Source of the DNA: Eledone cirrhosa
Lineage: Eukaryota
Direction: 5' to 3'
Assembly: GCA_964016885.1 (NCBI GenBank)
Contig: OZ024762.1
Span: 1,178,001 to 1,242,000 of the forward strand
Length of the DNA stretch: 64,000 nucleotides
The notes beneath the pieces were generated by a model. The model did no database searches and was not told where the DNA came from. It saw nothing but the letters and a program-made list of their open reading frames with translations. Position numbers and translations under genes: made by a program. Below are positions 23,034-36,950 of this stretch, one piece after another (the first letter of the stretch is position 1; each line of letters opens with the position of its first letter).

Positions 23034-24913
23034 CTCTGATGGGTCGAAAGACGAAGATCAAAGTAAACCAATTATGGCAGGAACCGCCCGTAGTCTGGAC
23101 AATGATTGGAGCGTACCCTGGCACTCGGAAATCTGCTGCCCTTCGCCAGCTTATGACACCCCTGTTAGAAATCCAGCGAGAGCTTGAAAAACAATGGCAT
23201 TTGTCGCGTCCTACATCCCCTGGAGCTCCGCCACACAGCGGCCCTGGACCTCAAAAATTAATTGCTGGCCCAATGTCTCACGAAGATTTATCTCATGTAC
23301 TTCGAAAGAACAGTGGACAAATTCTGTGTTTTGCTGAAGACCTTCATCAGTTACACAAAATGCTAGAGCTGGATCAGGAAAATTCTAAAGGTCCTGATCA
23401 GCTTTTAGTTCTCTACGATGGTGGTCCAATGTTTCATGTAGAGAACGGTGAAATGACGACGTTAGATTCTACCTGTTTTAATCATACCGGTATGGGTCAT
23501 CCTAAATATGTTGTGGACTTATTTCTTAATGGTCAAACCTGGCTAAGTAGTCGGTATTTAGTAGCTTGCCCTCACAACCCCAACTTTTCGACAATTTGGA
23601 ATTCTATTCCTCTCACCACCGACACACCTCCTATGAAAACTATTTTTCAAACACTTCATACATATCATCAACAAAACCGGGAGTATGTGTTTTCAACAGA
23701 GGCCTGGAAAGATTTGTGCCGTGTGCATGATGAAGAGTGGGCTAGCATGGTTAGCCAACTGGATCATGACGAGCGCCGTCGAAGTGCCATTGAAAAGTCC
23801 CTCGGTCAAATCGTACGCATGGCTGGGGTGCTGAAAGCCTTAATGAATGCTTGTGAGTTCACAATGCAGGCCACGAATCCAGCTATTTACGAATGGGATT
23901 TAGTTATAGACAGTGAAACCCTTCACAAGGCCATTGAGCTGAGCAAATATTTTATGGAACAGAAGCTTGCTTTGATGTTAGTTTCAGGAATGTCACTCGG
24001 TCTCCAGCCTTCGGTCAATGTTTCCGCTGCTGCAGCTGTCCTACAGCAACAACAACAGTACTGTGCACAGGCTGCACATTCTGCATCACAGGCGGCAGCA
24101 GCAGCCGCTGTGGTGTCACAGCAACAGCAACAGCAAGCTCAACAGCAGCAAGTTCAGCAGCAGTCAAGCCAGCAGGCTGCTGCATCTTCTCAACAGCAAC
24201 CACAAAATACCCACAATTCATCTGCCGTCCTTTCTATCCCTACCACTCCGACTCAGTCCACAGCCCTTTGTATTCTCCCGTCCGGCGCACAAACTTCACC
24301 CAGTACTCAGAATTTACCTCTGCCGCCCATCAACAGTTTGCCTAAAGATTGGGACCAGCCTCAAGTAGTTCTAGCTGACGATGATTACGAGATTCCTTTT
24401 ATTCCTGAATTCTACACAATGGATAAGGCCTCGTTTATCACTAACCATGGCAAACGAATGAAACGTTTACTTGAATGTTACGACGATGGAACTGGTGTAT
24501 CTGCTACGACAGCTGCTCAAAAGTCCATCGCACCACCTGTGAAACAGCAAGCTACAAATAACCGACATCCTGTTTGGGTGTCGGTGTTATTCTTTAAGAA
24601 GGTGTCAGAGTTTGGTGTTGGTACTGCTGAAAGAATTAAACATCCATCAAACAAAAAAGTATACTGGCGTTTTAAACGGAAACACCCCTTAGAGCTTGAT
24701 GAAAAAAATAAACAGATGTTGCAGTATTTGCGAGTTGATATGAACCTTTACAACAAAATTGGGTCAAATATCTACGAAACATCGTCCCCGGGGCCACCTC
24801 CTGTCGATGTTGTCGACAACACTGATGTCGTTGACGAAAATTCTACTGGTGGTTCCAGTTCAGCGTTTGATCCTAGTTTCAGTGTTAAACAAGAACTTGT
24901 ACATTTCAACTGA
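23034..24913 (+). CDS. DUF3987-like P-loop protein, exon 2 (701 aa in total), with polyQ/A insert
   Basis: Acceptor CTTTCCGCAG|. ALMGRKTKIKVNQLWQEPPVVWTMIGAYPGTRKSAAL matches the DUF3987/YfjI N-terminal pattern (W.EP..lW....g.pG..KS.a). Later LLVLYDGG, SRYL and KSLGQIVRMAGVL motifs fit. Family call is from motif recognition only. Confidence 0.8.
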
Positions 24914-26689
24914 GGAGATAGTTCAGTGTCTCCTTTCTCGACTCACTTTGAAAAAGGAAAAAAAAAAAACAAAAAAAAAAACATCTGAACTTTAATCTGT
25001 TTCCCAGTTGATTTATTGTAAAGTGTATCAGCATCTGTCTGTGTGTATAAGACTCTCTCTGTGTGTGTGTATAAGACTCTTTGTGTGTGTAAGACTGTTT
25101 GTGTGGGAGAGAGAAAGAAAGAGGGAGTTTGGGGTTAAATGATGTGAAACGGATCAATTTTATTTATAAATTTTTGCTAACTCTTTGGATTTTGTACAGA
25201 TAAAATTGAAATTTTCTGCAAATATCAAAGTATTTATTGAGAAAACACAGCTCAATATATATTTTAAAAAATATGAAATAAAATTTAAAACGAAAAAGTG
25301 TTTTAAAAGTCAGAAAACTCCACCTGAATTATTCTCTAATTCATGACAGAACCCAGTAATATTTAGGTATGGGAAGAAAAATGGTATTCAACTAATTTGT
25401 GGATTTGGTTTGCAATCAATTTTCGGTTTCATTAGAATTTTTTCTTTTTCAAGTCTGGATAAGATTCTCTCTCTGATCGAGTGATAAGATCCCAGACATC
25501 ATTCGCTTGATAAATATGGTAGACCTCGTCAAATCAGGCCAAGGAAACAATGTTTCCATTGGTCTTTCCATTGCTGATACTATCTACCGGTTGCAACTCC
25601 TTGCCGAAGGAGCAATGGAAAAGAAAGTGACTTGCTCAAGGACACAATGCATCACCCAATCCGAGAATTGAACTCGCAATCTCACAATTGCAGATCCAGC
25701 TCATAATTTTATGTAAGAACCTGTGTTAAGTTATTTTCCTTACACCTGCTCCTGGTTGTACAAATAAAAATTGTTTTAAAGGTTTATAATATAACTAAAC
25801 AAAATTATGTTGGAAGTTTTTAGATAAATTACAATCACTATAAAATATACTGCTTTTGTGTCACACGGTTTGGAACATAACTTAAAGTTTTCTTACATAA
25901 AATTATGTTGGAAGGTTTTTAGATAAATATAAACAGTTTTGAATCATAATATCAGAGGCTGAACATAACTTAACAAAGGTTCTTACATAAAATTATGTTG
26001 GAAGGTTTTTAGATAAATATAAACACTTTAAAATAAACATTTTTCTATCAGAACTAGGCATGGTTTGGTGCTTGGATTATTCGAGACCTGAGGTTGTGCA
26101 CAACATCAAGTATATCGGACATGTATGTTGAGCAGAAAATACAATATACACAAAGAAATTCTTGCTTGCCAAACCAGCCAGAAGATATTACTGGTATCCA
26201 TGGGTTAACCCTTCAGCATTTAAACTGGCTGTATCTGACCAGAATTCTCTCACCTCTTTCTGTTTAAACTGGCCGTAACTGGCCATTCATACTGATGTTA
26301 AGGTATTGTTCTCAAAATAAATATCAAAATCTCAGATTTGATATTATGTGAGGTAAAGCCTTTACCGTGAAAATACAATAGTATATATAGAGTAATGTAA
26401 ATGTTATGTGAAGTAAAGCCTTTACCTTGGAAATACAATAGTATATATAGAGTAATGTAAATGTTATGAGGTAAAGACTTTACCATGAAAATACAATAGT
26501 ATATATAATGTCATGTAAATGTTATGTGAGGTAAAGACTTTACCATGAAAATACAATAGTATATATAGAGTAATGTAAATGCAGAAATTCTAAATTTGAT
26601 TGTTGCTGAGGCAAAGATGTTAACAATCAAAATCTGAATTCACAAAGTTAGTCAATGAAAGAATCTTGCCTCAAGGACTTCAAGGAAAT

Positions 26690-27230
26690 TGATGAAGGAT
26701 CTTTTGGGACTTTTGTTACATAAACCACTCAAGTACAACACTTTCTCATCGGTTGACATCAGTAATGTCATTTATATAGATAATAAAAGAAGTGGGCCCA
26801 ACACAGTGCCTTGTGGAATGCCACTACTGACTTTGGCTGGGCTGGATTGTACTGCTTCAACTACAACATGCTGGGCTCTGTCGGGAAACACTTGAACGAT
26901 GGTAGCAATTTTCCATAAACACCAGTGTTGGATAGTTTTTTTCATTAGAATGTGATGAACCCTGTCAAAGGCCTTGCTGAAATTAAGGTAGGTGACATTA
27001 GTGTTGGAACCCTCTCCCAGAGCTCTCAATATGTCATCAAAGTGATGCAGGAGCTGTGTTCGGCAATCCCTGCAATTATGGAACCCATATTAGTTGAGTC
27101 TCTCAAGAAAGTGAGTTATTTCTGATTTCACCACCCTCAAATACCTTAATGATACGAGAAGGGAGTGAGATCAGACAGCAATACACTGCAAGGGACTTGT
27201 TTCCCTTTTTGAAAACCGGGATAGTAAGTA
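26690..27230 (-). mobile_element. Degenerate CR1-clade reverse transcriptase fragment
   Basis: YLNFSKAFDRVHH...VSSGIPQGTVLGPLL, with frameshifts. Confidence 0.8.
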
Positions 27231-28231
27231 TTCAGGTATCTAGCCAACATCCAGTGATTAGCAAGAGTATATATATTAATGATATTAATAAATGGAAACT
27301 ATATTTATTCTATTATATATATTTCAAGGGTATCAAAACTTCGGTACGCTCTCATCAGATAAAATACAAAATTTATTTTATAAATATTGACATATGCAGG
27401 AATCAGACCTTAACAGTTCAAGTTCTGCCTGGATAGTGAAAGATATATATATAATATATATATATTATTGATGCAAAAAGTTACGGTCCTTTCCATTCTG
27501 AGTTCAAATCCTGCCGAGGTTAACTTTGCCTTTCATCCTTACGGGGTCAATAAAATAAAGTACCTGTAATACACTGGATAATTGCTGGCCTTGTGCCAAA
27601 AAGTAGAAACAATTATATATAATATATATATATCTTATATATAATCATAATAAAAAGTATGATTTGTTATGTCTTCATTACATTTATTGAGTAGTGACGT
27701 GTGTTTCACTATTGATCAGCTCAAGGTTTGATCTGGCCCAACCCAGGAATCAAAAGTTCCTGAACCTAGTACAACACCTCAACACTTATTGGATACTACA
27801 CTTCGAGTGATCACTGGTGAACCGACAGTAACAGGATGTTACAATCCCTCAATAAATATATATATGTATATACACAGTTCAAGAGTAAACCAATCTTAAA
27901 GGGATAGATGAATAATGTTTACCTATAACAGAAATTAAATAGATCCAAAACACCGTCGTGAAATACCAATATATGGAACATTACATTCATGTAACCTTCT
28001 TTCTTTACTTTATATTTCTTATTCCATAGTATATTTATAAATATTTTCATTATCCTTTGAAGTTCTGAAGAGCTGCTCCATTTTTTACCTAAGTTACTTA
28101 TCTTCATCTGAACCAGATCAATAATGATCTATAATCAATTGATCCAGAAACATTATATGGAGTAGCGAAACAATTGTACACGGACATTATTATTATCATT
28201 ATTAACATTCCTTACATTAAACTATAATTAC

Positions 28232-28269
<38 letters not shown>

Positions 28270-28495
28270 CTTACATTAAATTATAATTACACTCCCTATT
28301 CCTCACATATACTGAAACTGTTGACTTTCTTTAAGCAATGTCTTCCTTGTGAAATTTGTGGTCTTGTCTTTGCTTAACTAATCAATATATATGTATATAT
28401 GTGTGTGTGTATATATACATGGTGTCCCGCCAAAATGTATACATACTTTGATTAGAATACTGTTGAAGTGTGTATTATACATTTTTGGGGTGACC

Positions 28496-28527
<32 letters not shown>

Positions 28528-28645
28528 TATGTACAGGATGTCTCAAAAAAATGTATAATACACACTTCAGCAGTATTTAAATAGAGACATATATACATAT
28601 ATATATAGAGAGAGAGCGAGAGACATATATATATAGACATACATG

Positions 28646-28726
<81 letters not shown>

Positions 28727-28770
28727 ATATAGACGGAACAGGAGGAGAAAGGAATTTCTATCGTCAGCTG

Positions 28771-28803
<33 letters not shown>

Positions 28804-29005
28804 CAGGTCATTAAGTATGAAATATCCGATTTCAAATTTAAAAAAAGCATACAGAAATCGGACATTTAAAGATTTAATGCAAGTACATGTGTCCTGAAGA
28901 AGAGAGTTATCTCCCTTAGTTCCGGTTTACGAAGTAAATATAGCGAACTTCCTTTATCGACTCAGTCACATCTTTTTACAGTCAGCATCCGTTTTATATC
29001 CTGCC

Positions 29006-29009
29006 ATGG
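29006..29009 (+). CDS. MALT1: MALT1-like paracaspase, exon 1 (ATG-G)
   Basis: GCCATGG|GTAAAT in good Kozak context, ETS-like TTCCGG upstream (about 28920), phase 1 fits exon 2. Confidence 0.6.
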
Positions 29010-29638
29010 GTAAATATAGAGTTTTATGGTTTAATTGTTTTAATATCTACATCTGTAACACCTTCATATGTTACTGCTTTAGTTAAATATGTCGTAGATT
29101 GCAATTCAGAATGAGAAAATGTTCGTTGTTTTGCTTAATTGTGGTTTGTTGTTGTTTAGGTTGGTGCGTGAGTTAATGTTTTAGTCTGTCATGATGACAC
29201 AATATATATCTGTTGTTTAATATAGTATAACTGTTTTAACCAAGATGTCCTTTTAAGTGTGTCTTTAACAATATATATAATATATATATTGTTTAATATA
29301 GAAATGGCTTCTACGGGACTAGAACTGTTTCATTCGAAGGAAGTCATCGGGGCTTTCTTGATTATTCAATTCCAGTATTGGCAATAATGGAATTGTATAA
29401 TCAAGACCGTAGCGGTATGTCATATATCAAATCGTATATTTTGTCTGATGAGGACGTACTGAAAAAAAAACACAGTACCTTTAAAATATATATAATAAAG
29501 TATATATTTTGATTATAAGAATATTTTTCATTTGTTAATATTTTGAATAATATATATATATATATATAATGCTCAGTATTTTATACTTGGAGCTTAATAA
29601 TTACAGGGTTTCAATAAGAGTTATTAACTCTAATTTTC

Positions 29639-29670
<32 letters not shown>

Positions 29671-29675
<5 letters not shown>

Positions 29676-30115
29676 ATTGAAGTTTCCGTTGAAAATTGAA
29701 AAGTCATAGGAGTGAAGAGTGCTCTATGTAAGTTACAGAGCAAAATTTAATGTATAATAAACAATACAATATAATTACCTCATTAACAGAGGTTTCCCGA
29801 ATAAGACGAATACAAGAAATGTCTGACGAACGAATGCGGACGTTTCTTGTATTCGTCTTATTCGGGAAACCGCTGGTAATCAGGTAATTATATTGTATTG
29901 TTTATTATACATTATATATATATATATATATATATACACATTATTTCTGAAGTAGAGAAGACGTATGTATATGTTCTTACTATGATAATTTGTAATATAT
30001 TTTACATCAATAATAGAATGGACATTCGGGGAACTACCCCCCAGAAACGATCGTAAAATAATGAGTTTTACTATGAATTAACCGTTTTTTGTTTAATTTC
30101 ATTGTTTTCACTATT

Positions 30116-30165
<50 letters not shown>

Positions 30166-30342
30166 GTATAATAAACAATACAATATAATTACCTCATTAC
30201 CAGAGGTTTCCCGAATAAGACGAATACAAGAAACGTCCGCATGCGTTCGTTAGACAAGGCAATTAAATTTAGCTCTGTAACTTACATAGAGCACTCTTCA
30301 CTCCTATGACTTTTTCAATTTTCAACGGAAACTTCAATACTT
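29671..30342. mobile_element. Cluster of hammerhead-bearing short repeats (Penelope-LTR/retrozyme-like) between (TA)n tracts
   Basis: Cores at 29823 (+, CTGACGA..GAAA CCGCTGG TA), 29947 (+, CTGAAGT..GAAA CGATCG TA with 8-bp stem I) and 30253 (-, CTAACGA..GAAA CCTCTGG TA with 7-bp stem I). 29672-29913 and 30162-30342 are inverted copies of one ~180-bp unit. Confidence 0.65.
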
Positions 30343-30699
30343 ATATATATATATATATATAAATATATGTGTGTGTGATGTGTTAAATCTAGCTGCTATT
30401 TCTAGCACTCCCGGACTCCCATCTCCCGTTATATAAGTCTAACCTTATATATCTACATAGGGTGTAGTGCCAAACTCCCGAACCCCAAAGACGTGATTTC
30501 TCCAGCGGTCCTTGTCCTCCATCATCCCCGCTATGTCCCGGTCCCTCAGAGACCAGTGTCTGTCCTTAGGGCGCCTCCCTCTTCCAGTATGTCTGTGTAG
30601 GGACAGAGGTTCTCAAACTGTTGGGACCACCGTCCTCCTCACGCCCACGTTATACCCTCAGCGCTCCCCAACCCTATTTCCAGAGAAACCTGCCTAGCT

Positions 30700-31520
30700 C
30701 TGCAATTCCATAGTGTGTCACCCAAGCTCCGCAGTGCCATAGTGCGGCACACTAGCTCAGATGTGCCATATTTTCCCACAATATCTTTCCATTACCATAG
30801 GAGGGTGTCACCCTAGCTCCATATTTCTATACTGTGTCACTGAAACACCCCAGTACCCTAGTATTCCACCCTAGCCCTGCAGTGCCATACTAGTTTCAGT
30901 GCCGTAGTTTCAGTGCCGCGGATCATCCTAGCTCCATATTTCCATACTGTGTCATTGAAGCTCCCCAGTGCCATAGTGTGCCACCCGACTCCGCAGTGCC
31001 ATAGTGCGGTACACTCACTCCAAAGTGCCGTAGTTTGTCACCTTATCTCCCCATTCTCATACTGCGACATCCTAGTTCCATACCGTGTCACTCAATCTCC
31101 CCAGTTCCATAGTGTGCCACAAACGGCACACTAACTTCGAAGTGACGTATTTTGTCACCCTATCTTCCCATCATCCTACTGTGACATCCTAGTTCCATAG
31201 TGTGTCACTTAAGCTTCCTAGTTCCATATTGTGCCACCCTAGCTCCCTAGTTCCATAATGTGCCACCCTAGCTCCCCAGTTTCATAATATGCCACTCTAG
31301 CTCCCTAGTTCCATAATGTGCCACCCTAGCTTCCCAGTTCCATAATGTGCCACCCTAGCTCCCCAACTCCATAATGTGCCACCCTAGCTCCCCAACTCCA
31401 TAATGTGCCACCCTAGCTCCCCAACTCCATAATGTGCCACCCTAGCTCCACAACTCCATAATGTGCCACACTAGCTGCCCATTGCCCTACTACGACATCC
31501 TAGTTCCATATCGCCATATT
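30700..31520. repeat. ~30-bp minisatellite, graded from degenerate to homogeneous
   Basis: (CCATAATGTGCCACCCTAGCTCCCCAACT)n. Confidence 0.85.
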
Positions 31521-32029
31521 ACACACATTAGTCATTTAGTTTCCATATTAAGACTCCCAACCCATTTTGTATATTTTATAACATGAGATTTCTAGTAACC
31601 TATTTTTGGGTCATGTATAAAGTTTTTTAATGTCTAAAGAAAATTAATTGTAACCGGAATGCTGCTACTTAAAATAAAATTTCGTCGGAGATAAGTGAAC
31701 AAACTTTAATCAATGGACAAAGGAGAGGGTTGTAAAAAAATCTGAAAAATTAATAATCATGGATGAAGGATGAATTAGTTGAGACTTGGGTGTATTTTGT
31801 TTACACTAAGATTACCGGAAGGATAAAACGGGATTTCCCCGATGTTCGTAATGTAGAGTAATTGGTACTTATGTCTATATATGTATATATATATGTCTAT
31901 ATATATGTCTGTGTATAGAGTGTTTGACTTGGTACCAACACCAGTGTTTCACCATGCTACCTACACTATATATATATAATAGTAATAATATATATATATA
32001 CACACACACATATATATGTGTAGTGAGTG

Positions 32030-32077
<48 letters not shown>

Positions 32078-32540
32078 TATCAAGTATGTGTAGTGTATAT
32101 ATACCATTAACAAGATTACGTGATGCTTTGTTTGTGACATACAATCTTTCGTTGTGTGAACTTCCTTGTGGAAAAACCTCTGATTCAAGTTTAAACAAAA
32201 GATTCTGAAATGTAGTGACTGGGTGGGTGTTACATAAACATACCATTGAGGACTTCCCAGGTCTTGAATAATCATCTCACCTTATCTGCTTATTAAATTT
32301 TCTACTTTCTTACACCACTCCTCTTCTTATTCACTGCTTATTAAATTTTCATTCTCTATCTCTGGTCAAATTTTATTTTAAGTGGTAACATTCCTGTGAA
32401 AATAAATGTTTACAGTTGTATAAAGAAAATATAATAATATAATGTTTACAGAACGAAAACAAACAAATATTATATATACAAAGGAAAGGGGAAGGAAAAA
32501 GAGAAAGGAAAATAAAGAGAAAAAACAAACAAATAAGCAG

Positions 32541-32779
32541 CTAATACACACATCTAGGACCACATACAACACACAATCAGATAATACACACATCTAGGAC
32601 CACATACAACACACAATCAGGTAATACACACATCTAGGACCACATACAACACACAATCAGGTAATACACACATCTAGGACCACATACAACACACAAGCAG
32701 GTAATACACACATCTAGGATCACATACAACACACAAGCAGGTAATACACACATCTAGGACCACATACAACACATAAGCA
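32541..32779. repeat. 40-bp tandem repeat x6
   Basis: GTAATACACACATCTAGGACCACATACAACACACAATCAG. Confidence 0.9.
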
Positions 32780-32882
32780 TAGAGTAATGTAAATGTTATG
32801 TGAGGTAAAGCCTTTACCAGAAAAATACAATAGTAAATATAGAGTAATGTAAATGTTAAAGGGTTAAATATTGTTTTTTCAG

Positions 32883-33039
32883 ATCACAATATGCAGACTA
32901 ATGAAATACTTGCTTTAAATATCCATAACATGGATTTGAAAGTTTATTCCCCCATATTAAATACACTGGAATATGACCAAACTGAGGATTTTTGGAAACG
33001 TTTTGTCAATTTGTTGTGTAAGATGAAATTTCGCATCAG
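32883..33039 (+). CDS. MALT1: MALT1-like exon 2 (death domain)
   Basis: DHNMQTNEILALNIHNMDLKVYSPILNTLEYDQTEDFWKRFVNLLCKMKFRIS; AG|GTGAGA, phase 2. Confidence 0.8.
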
Positions 33040-33114
33040 GTGAGATTCAGAAATGTTTTCAGTTTTCTTTCTCTTTAATATATTCAGTAAATTGGCAGAG
33101 TTTTTTTTATGGGA

Positions 33115-33470
33115 TACTGTTGTCCCCTGGTATTTGTGGGGAGTTATGTTCCTGGAGCACCCGCGATGAGTGAAAAACCGCGAATATTGGACGTGGTCCA
33201 TAAAAATTTCTATAAACCTCAAAACATAACATAAAATATAGGCCAGCAAATATGGTATATTGTTATTAATAATTTAGCGTGAAAAAGCGTGAAAAAATTA
33301 TATATTGTCATGAAAAAATTCATTAAAAAATCACTGAAAATATTTACGATTCTGCGAATATGCGGTGGTTTCCACGAACTATTAGTTAGGTTGAAAGGAA
33401 AATTCTGCGAATAACCAGGACCACAAATGGTGGGATCGCGAATGCCAGATGATGATGATATACACAGTAT
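33115..33470. mobile_element. Tigger/pogo-like MITE
   Basis: Terminus resembles Tigger (TGTCCCCTGGTATTTGTGGGAGTTATGTTCC...CCGCGA). Confidence 0.5.
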
Positions 33471-33842
33471 ATCATCATCATCATCATTTTACATCCGCTG
33501 TTCCCTGCTTGCAAGGGTGGGACAGGTCCTATTCAGCACAGCATCTCTCCACTTGCCACGGTCCTTCGTCATCTCCTCTGTGAGTTTCAGCGATCTGAGG
33601 TCTGCTCTCACCACCTCAGCTCATGTTTTTCGTGGTCTTCCTTCTACTGGGATTTCTTGGCACTTCTTTACCCAGCGGTTGTCCTCCATGCGCATCACAT
33701 GTCCATACCATCTCAGCCTTCTCTCCTGCACACCACAACTTATCCCTCTGATACCCAGTTTCTCTCTCAACTCGTCTATTCTTATATTATATTCTGACAG
33801 GGGCAGTGGTGATTTAATTCTATTTTTATTTTTATTTTTCAG

Positions 33843-34009
33843 TCCTCAAGAATTCAATAAAATTATCCACGAAGGTAACAAATCTGGAAACACTGTGGCA
33901 CAAAAAATGTTCAATTTTTTGTCCCCAAAAGCATTTACTGTCCATCACCTTCTGCTGATTCTCAACGAACTGAAACTGGAGAAACATGTCAAAGCTCTCA
34001 GAGAATATG
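33843..34009 (+). CDS. MALT1: MALT1-like exon 3 (death domain)
   Basis: PQEFNKIIHEGNKSGNTVAQKMFNFLSPKAFTVHHLLLILNELKLEKHVKALREY; 167 nt, phases 2/1. Confidence 0.85.
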
Positions 34010-34875
34010 GTTGGTGCCCTTGTTTTGGTCTTTAGTTGGCTTTTTTCCTTCTCCTCCTCCTCATCATCGTTATTATTATCACCACCACCACCACTTTCAT
34101 CATACTCATTACTATCACCACCACCACCACCACCACCACCACTTTCATCACCATCAGTACCACCACCACCACCACCACCATCACCTTCACATCATCATTA
34201 CCATCACCACCACCTTCATCACCATCATCATCATTATCATCATTGTTTTTACGTCAGCTTTTCCACGCTTGCACGGGTTAGACGGGTCCTTCTCAGCACA
34301 GCATCTCTCCACTCGCCGCATTCCTTTGTCTTCTCCTCTGTGAGTCTCAGTGATTTGAGGTCAGCTCTGACCACTTCTGCCCAGGTCTTCCTTCGTCTAC
34401 CTCTACTGTGGCTTCCTTCCAATGATTCTTTCCTGAGACATTCTAACCACATGTCTATAGTATTAGAGAAGTAGTGGCTCTACCTGGAGTGACTCTCTCA
34501 TCTCCGAGCTACACACTTTATCGAGTAACGTTACGCCAAAGACCCTTCAAAGGAATCCCATTTCGGTTCCCTGTATTCACAATCGTATTCTTTCAGTCAT
34601 TACCCAAGGTAAGGGTTGGCACAAATAGTGAATTGAAGATAGCAAGCTTGGCTTTTACACCTACCCCCCTTCTTTCTGGCTTTTACACCTACCTCCCTTC
34701 TGGCTTTTACACCTACCTCCCTTCTGGCTTTTACACCTACCTCCCTTCTGCCTTTTACAACTACCTCCCTTCTGGCTTTTACACCCACCTCCCTTCTGGC
34801 TTCTCCTTCCTTCTGATTACTAAATGCTGAAGTTGGCGCATTACTGCACCAGCCTTTTGCAATTCTTGCCCTTAA

Positions 34876-35167
34876 CCCTTTAGCATTTAAACCAGCCGTA
34901 TCCGGCCAGATGTATCTCACCTCTTTCTGTTCAAACCAGCTGTAACTGGTCGTTCATACCTACATTAAGGTATTGTTCTCAAAATAAATGACATCAAAAT
35001 CTTGTAGTTTGATATTATATGAAATAATTATGTAAGATAAAGCCTTTACTGTGAAAATACAATAGTATATATAGAGTAATGTAAATGTTATGTGAGATAT
35101 TATGTGAGGTAAAGCCTTTACTGTGAAAATACAATAGTATATATAGAGTAATGTAAATGTTAAAGGG
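34876..35167 (+). mobile_element. piggyBac-type MITE copy with internal duplication
   Basis: TTAA|CCCTTTAGCATTTA...TAAATGTTAAAGGG|TTAA with two internal 72-bp units. Confidence 0.7.
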
Positions 35168-35242
35168 TTAAGTGCAAACATATATTTGAAACTCAAAAGT
35201 TGTTTCCCTTTGTTTTTAAATTAAAATATTTCTGATTGACAG

Positions 35243-35429
35243 CCAAAATTCCACATGAAGCCGTGCAAATCGTCGTTCAACCAAAGCAACCTGGAAAACT
35301 AAAAGATGGAGATACACTTCACCTGTGTGTTGTTGGAAGCGGGTTTCCTTATCCACGTTACCAGTGGTTTAAAAATGATGATGCTATTGAAGGGGCCACC
35401 AATTTTGAATTAGTTATACCCAAAATAAG
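35243..35429 (+). CDS. MALT1: MALT1-like exon 4 (Ig-A first half)
   Basis: VQIVVQP...TLHLCVVGSGFPYPRYQWFKND; 187 nt, phases 1/2. Confidence 0.9.
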
Positions 35430-35545
35430 GTGACTACGTTTTTTAAATTTCACTTATTTAAATTCCATCATCATCAATTCTTATTTGTTGTGCTCATCAT
35501 CATGATTATTATTATTATAAGATCTTATATTCACTGATGAAAATA

Positions 35546-35762
35546 TGGCGGTGGATTGGCAGTAAATGGTAGAGCGTCGGACACCCTGCTTCACGGCATA
35601 GAATTACGGCCCTTTACGTTCTGAATTTAAATCCTGTCGAGGTTAACTTTGCCTTTCATCCTTACAGGGTCGATAAAATAAAGTACCAGTAAGGCACTGG
35701 GGTCGATTTAATCAACTCCCCCCCCCCATTGCGGGAAGTGTGCCTATAGTAGAAACAATTAT
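35546..35762 (+). mobile_element. tRNA-derived SINE, family 1
   Basis: GGCGGTGGATTGGCAG head, CCTTTCATCCTTACAGGGTCGATAAAATAAAGTACCAG core and ATT tail. Copies at about 25-235(-), 250-410(-), 675-840, 6300-6545, 6605-6770, 8005-8095, 13170-13340, 27480-27615 and 63280-63670(-). Confidence 0.75.
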
Positions 35763-35865
35763 TGTTGTTGTTGTTGTTATGTTTATTATTATTGTTGTTG
35801 TTGTTATGTTTATTATTGTTGTTGTTGTTATGTTTATTATTGTTGTTGTTGTTGTTGTTATCTAG

Positions 35866-35954
35866 TATGGAAGAGGAAGGGAATTATTCCTGCAGATTAC
35901 ACAACAGCAGAACAAGTGTGGTCCTGTCTCACGTCATTCCTGTCTTTGTCAACT
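35866..35954 (+). CDS. MALT1: MALT1-like exon 5 (Ig-A second half)
   Basis: MEEEGNYSCRLHNSRTSVVLSHVIPVFVN; 89 nt, donor GTAAGT. Confidence 0.9.
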
Positions 35955-35957
35955 GTA

Positions 35958-36950
35958 AGTATACACTATATATACACTATATATACACTATATATACACT
36001 ATATACACTATATATACACTATATATACACTATATATACACTATATATACACTATATATACACTATATATACACTATATATACACTATATATACACTATA
36101 TACACTATATACACTATATATACTATATACACTATATACACTATATACACTATATATACTATATACACTATATATACACTATATATACACTATATACACT
36201 ATATATACACTATATATACACTATATATACACTATATACACTATATATACTATATACACTATATATACACTATATATACACTATATATACACTATATATA
36301 CACTATATATACACTATATACACTATATACACTATATATACACTATATATACATTATATATACACTATATATACACTATATATACACTATATACACTATA
36401 TACACTATATATACACTATATATACACTATATACACTATATACACTATATACACTATATATACATTATATATACATTATATATACACTATATATACACTA
36501 TATATACACTATATATACACTATATACACTATATATACTATATATACACTATATATACACTATATACACTATATACACTATATACACTATATACACTATA
36601 TATACACTATATATACACTATATACACTATATACACTATATATACACTATATATACATTATATATACACTATATATACACTATATATACACTATATACAC
36701 TATATATACACTATATACACTATATATACTATATACACTATATACACTATATACACTATATACACTATATATACTATATACACTATATATACACTATATA
36801 TACACTATATATACACTATATACACTATATATACACTATATATACACTATATATACACTATATATACTATATACACTATATATACACTATATACACTATA
36901 TATACTATATACACTATATACACTATATATACTATATATACTATATACAC
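35958..36950. repeat. (TATATACAC)-type simple repeat
   Basis: About 1 kb of 10/12-bp units directly after the exon 5 donor. Confidence 0.95.

Noticed and set aside
33018-33023. GTAAGA donor for MALT1 exon 2
   Set aside because: Gives phase 1, incompatible with exon 3. The GTGAGA donor at 33040 keeps the frame.
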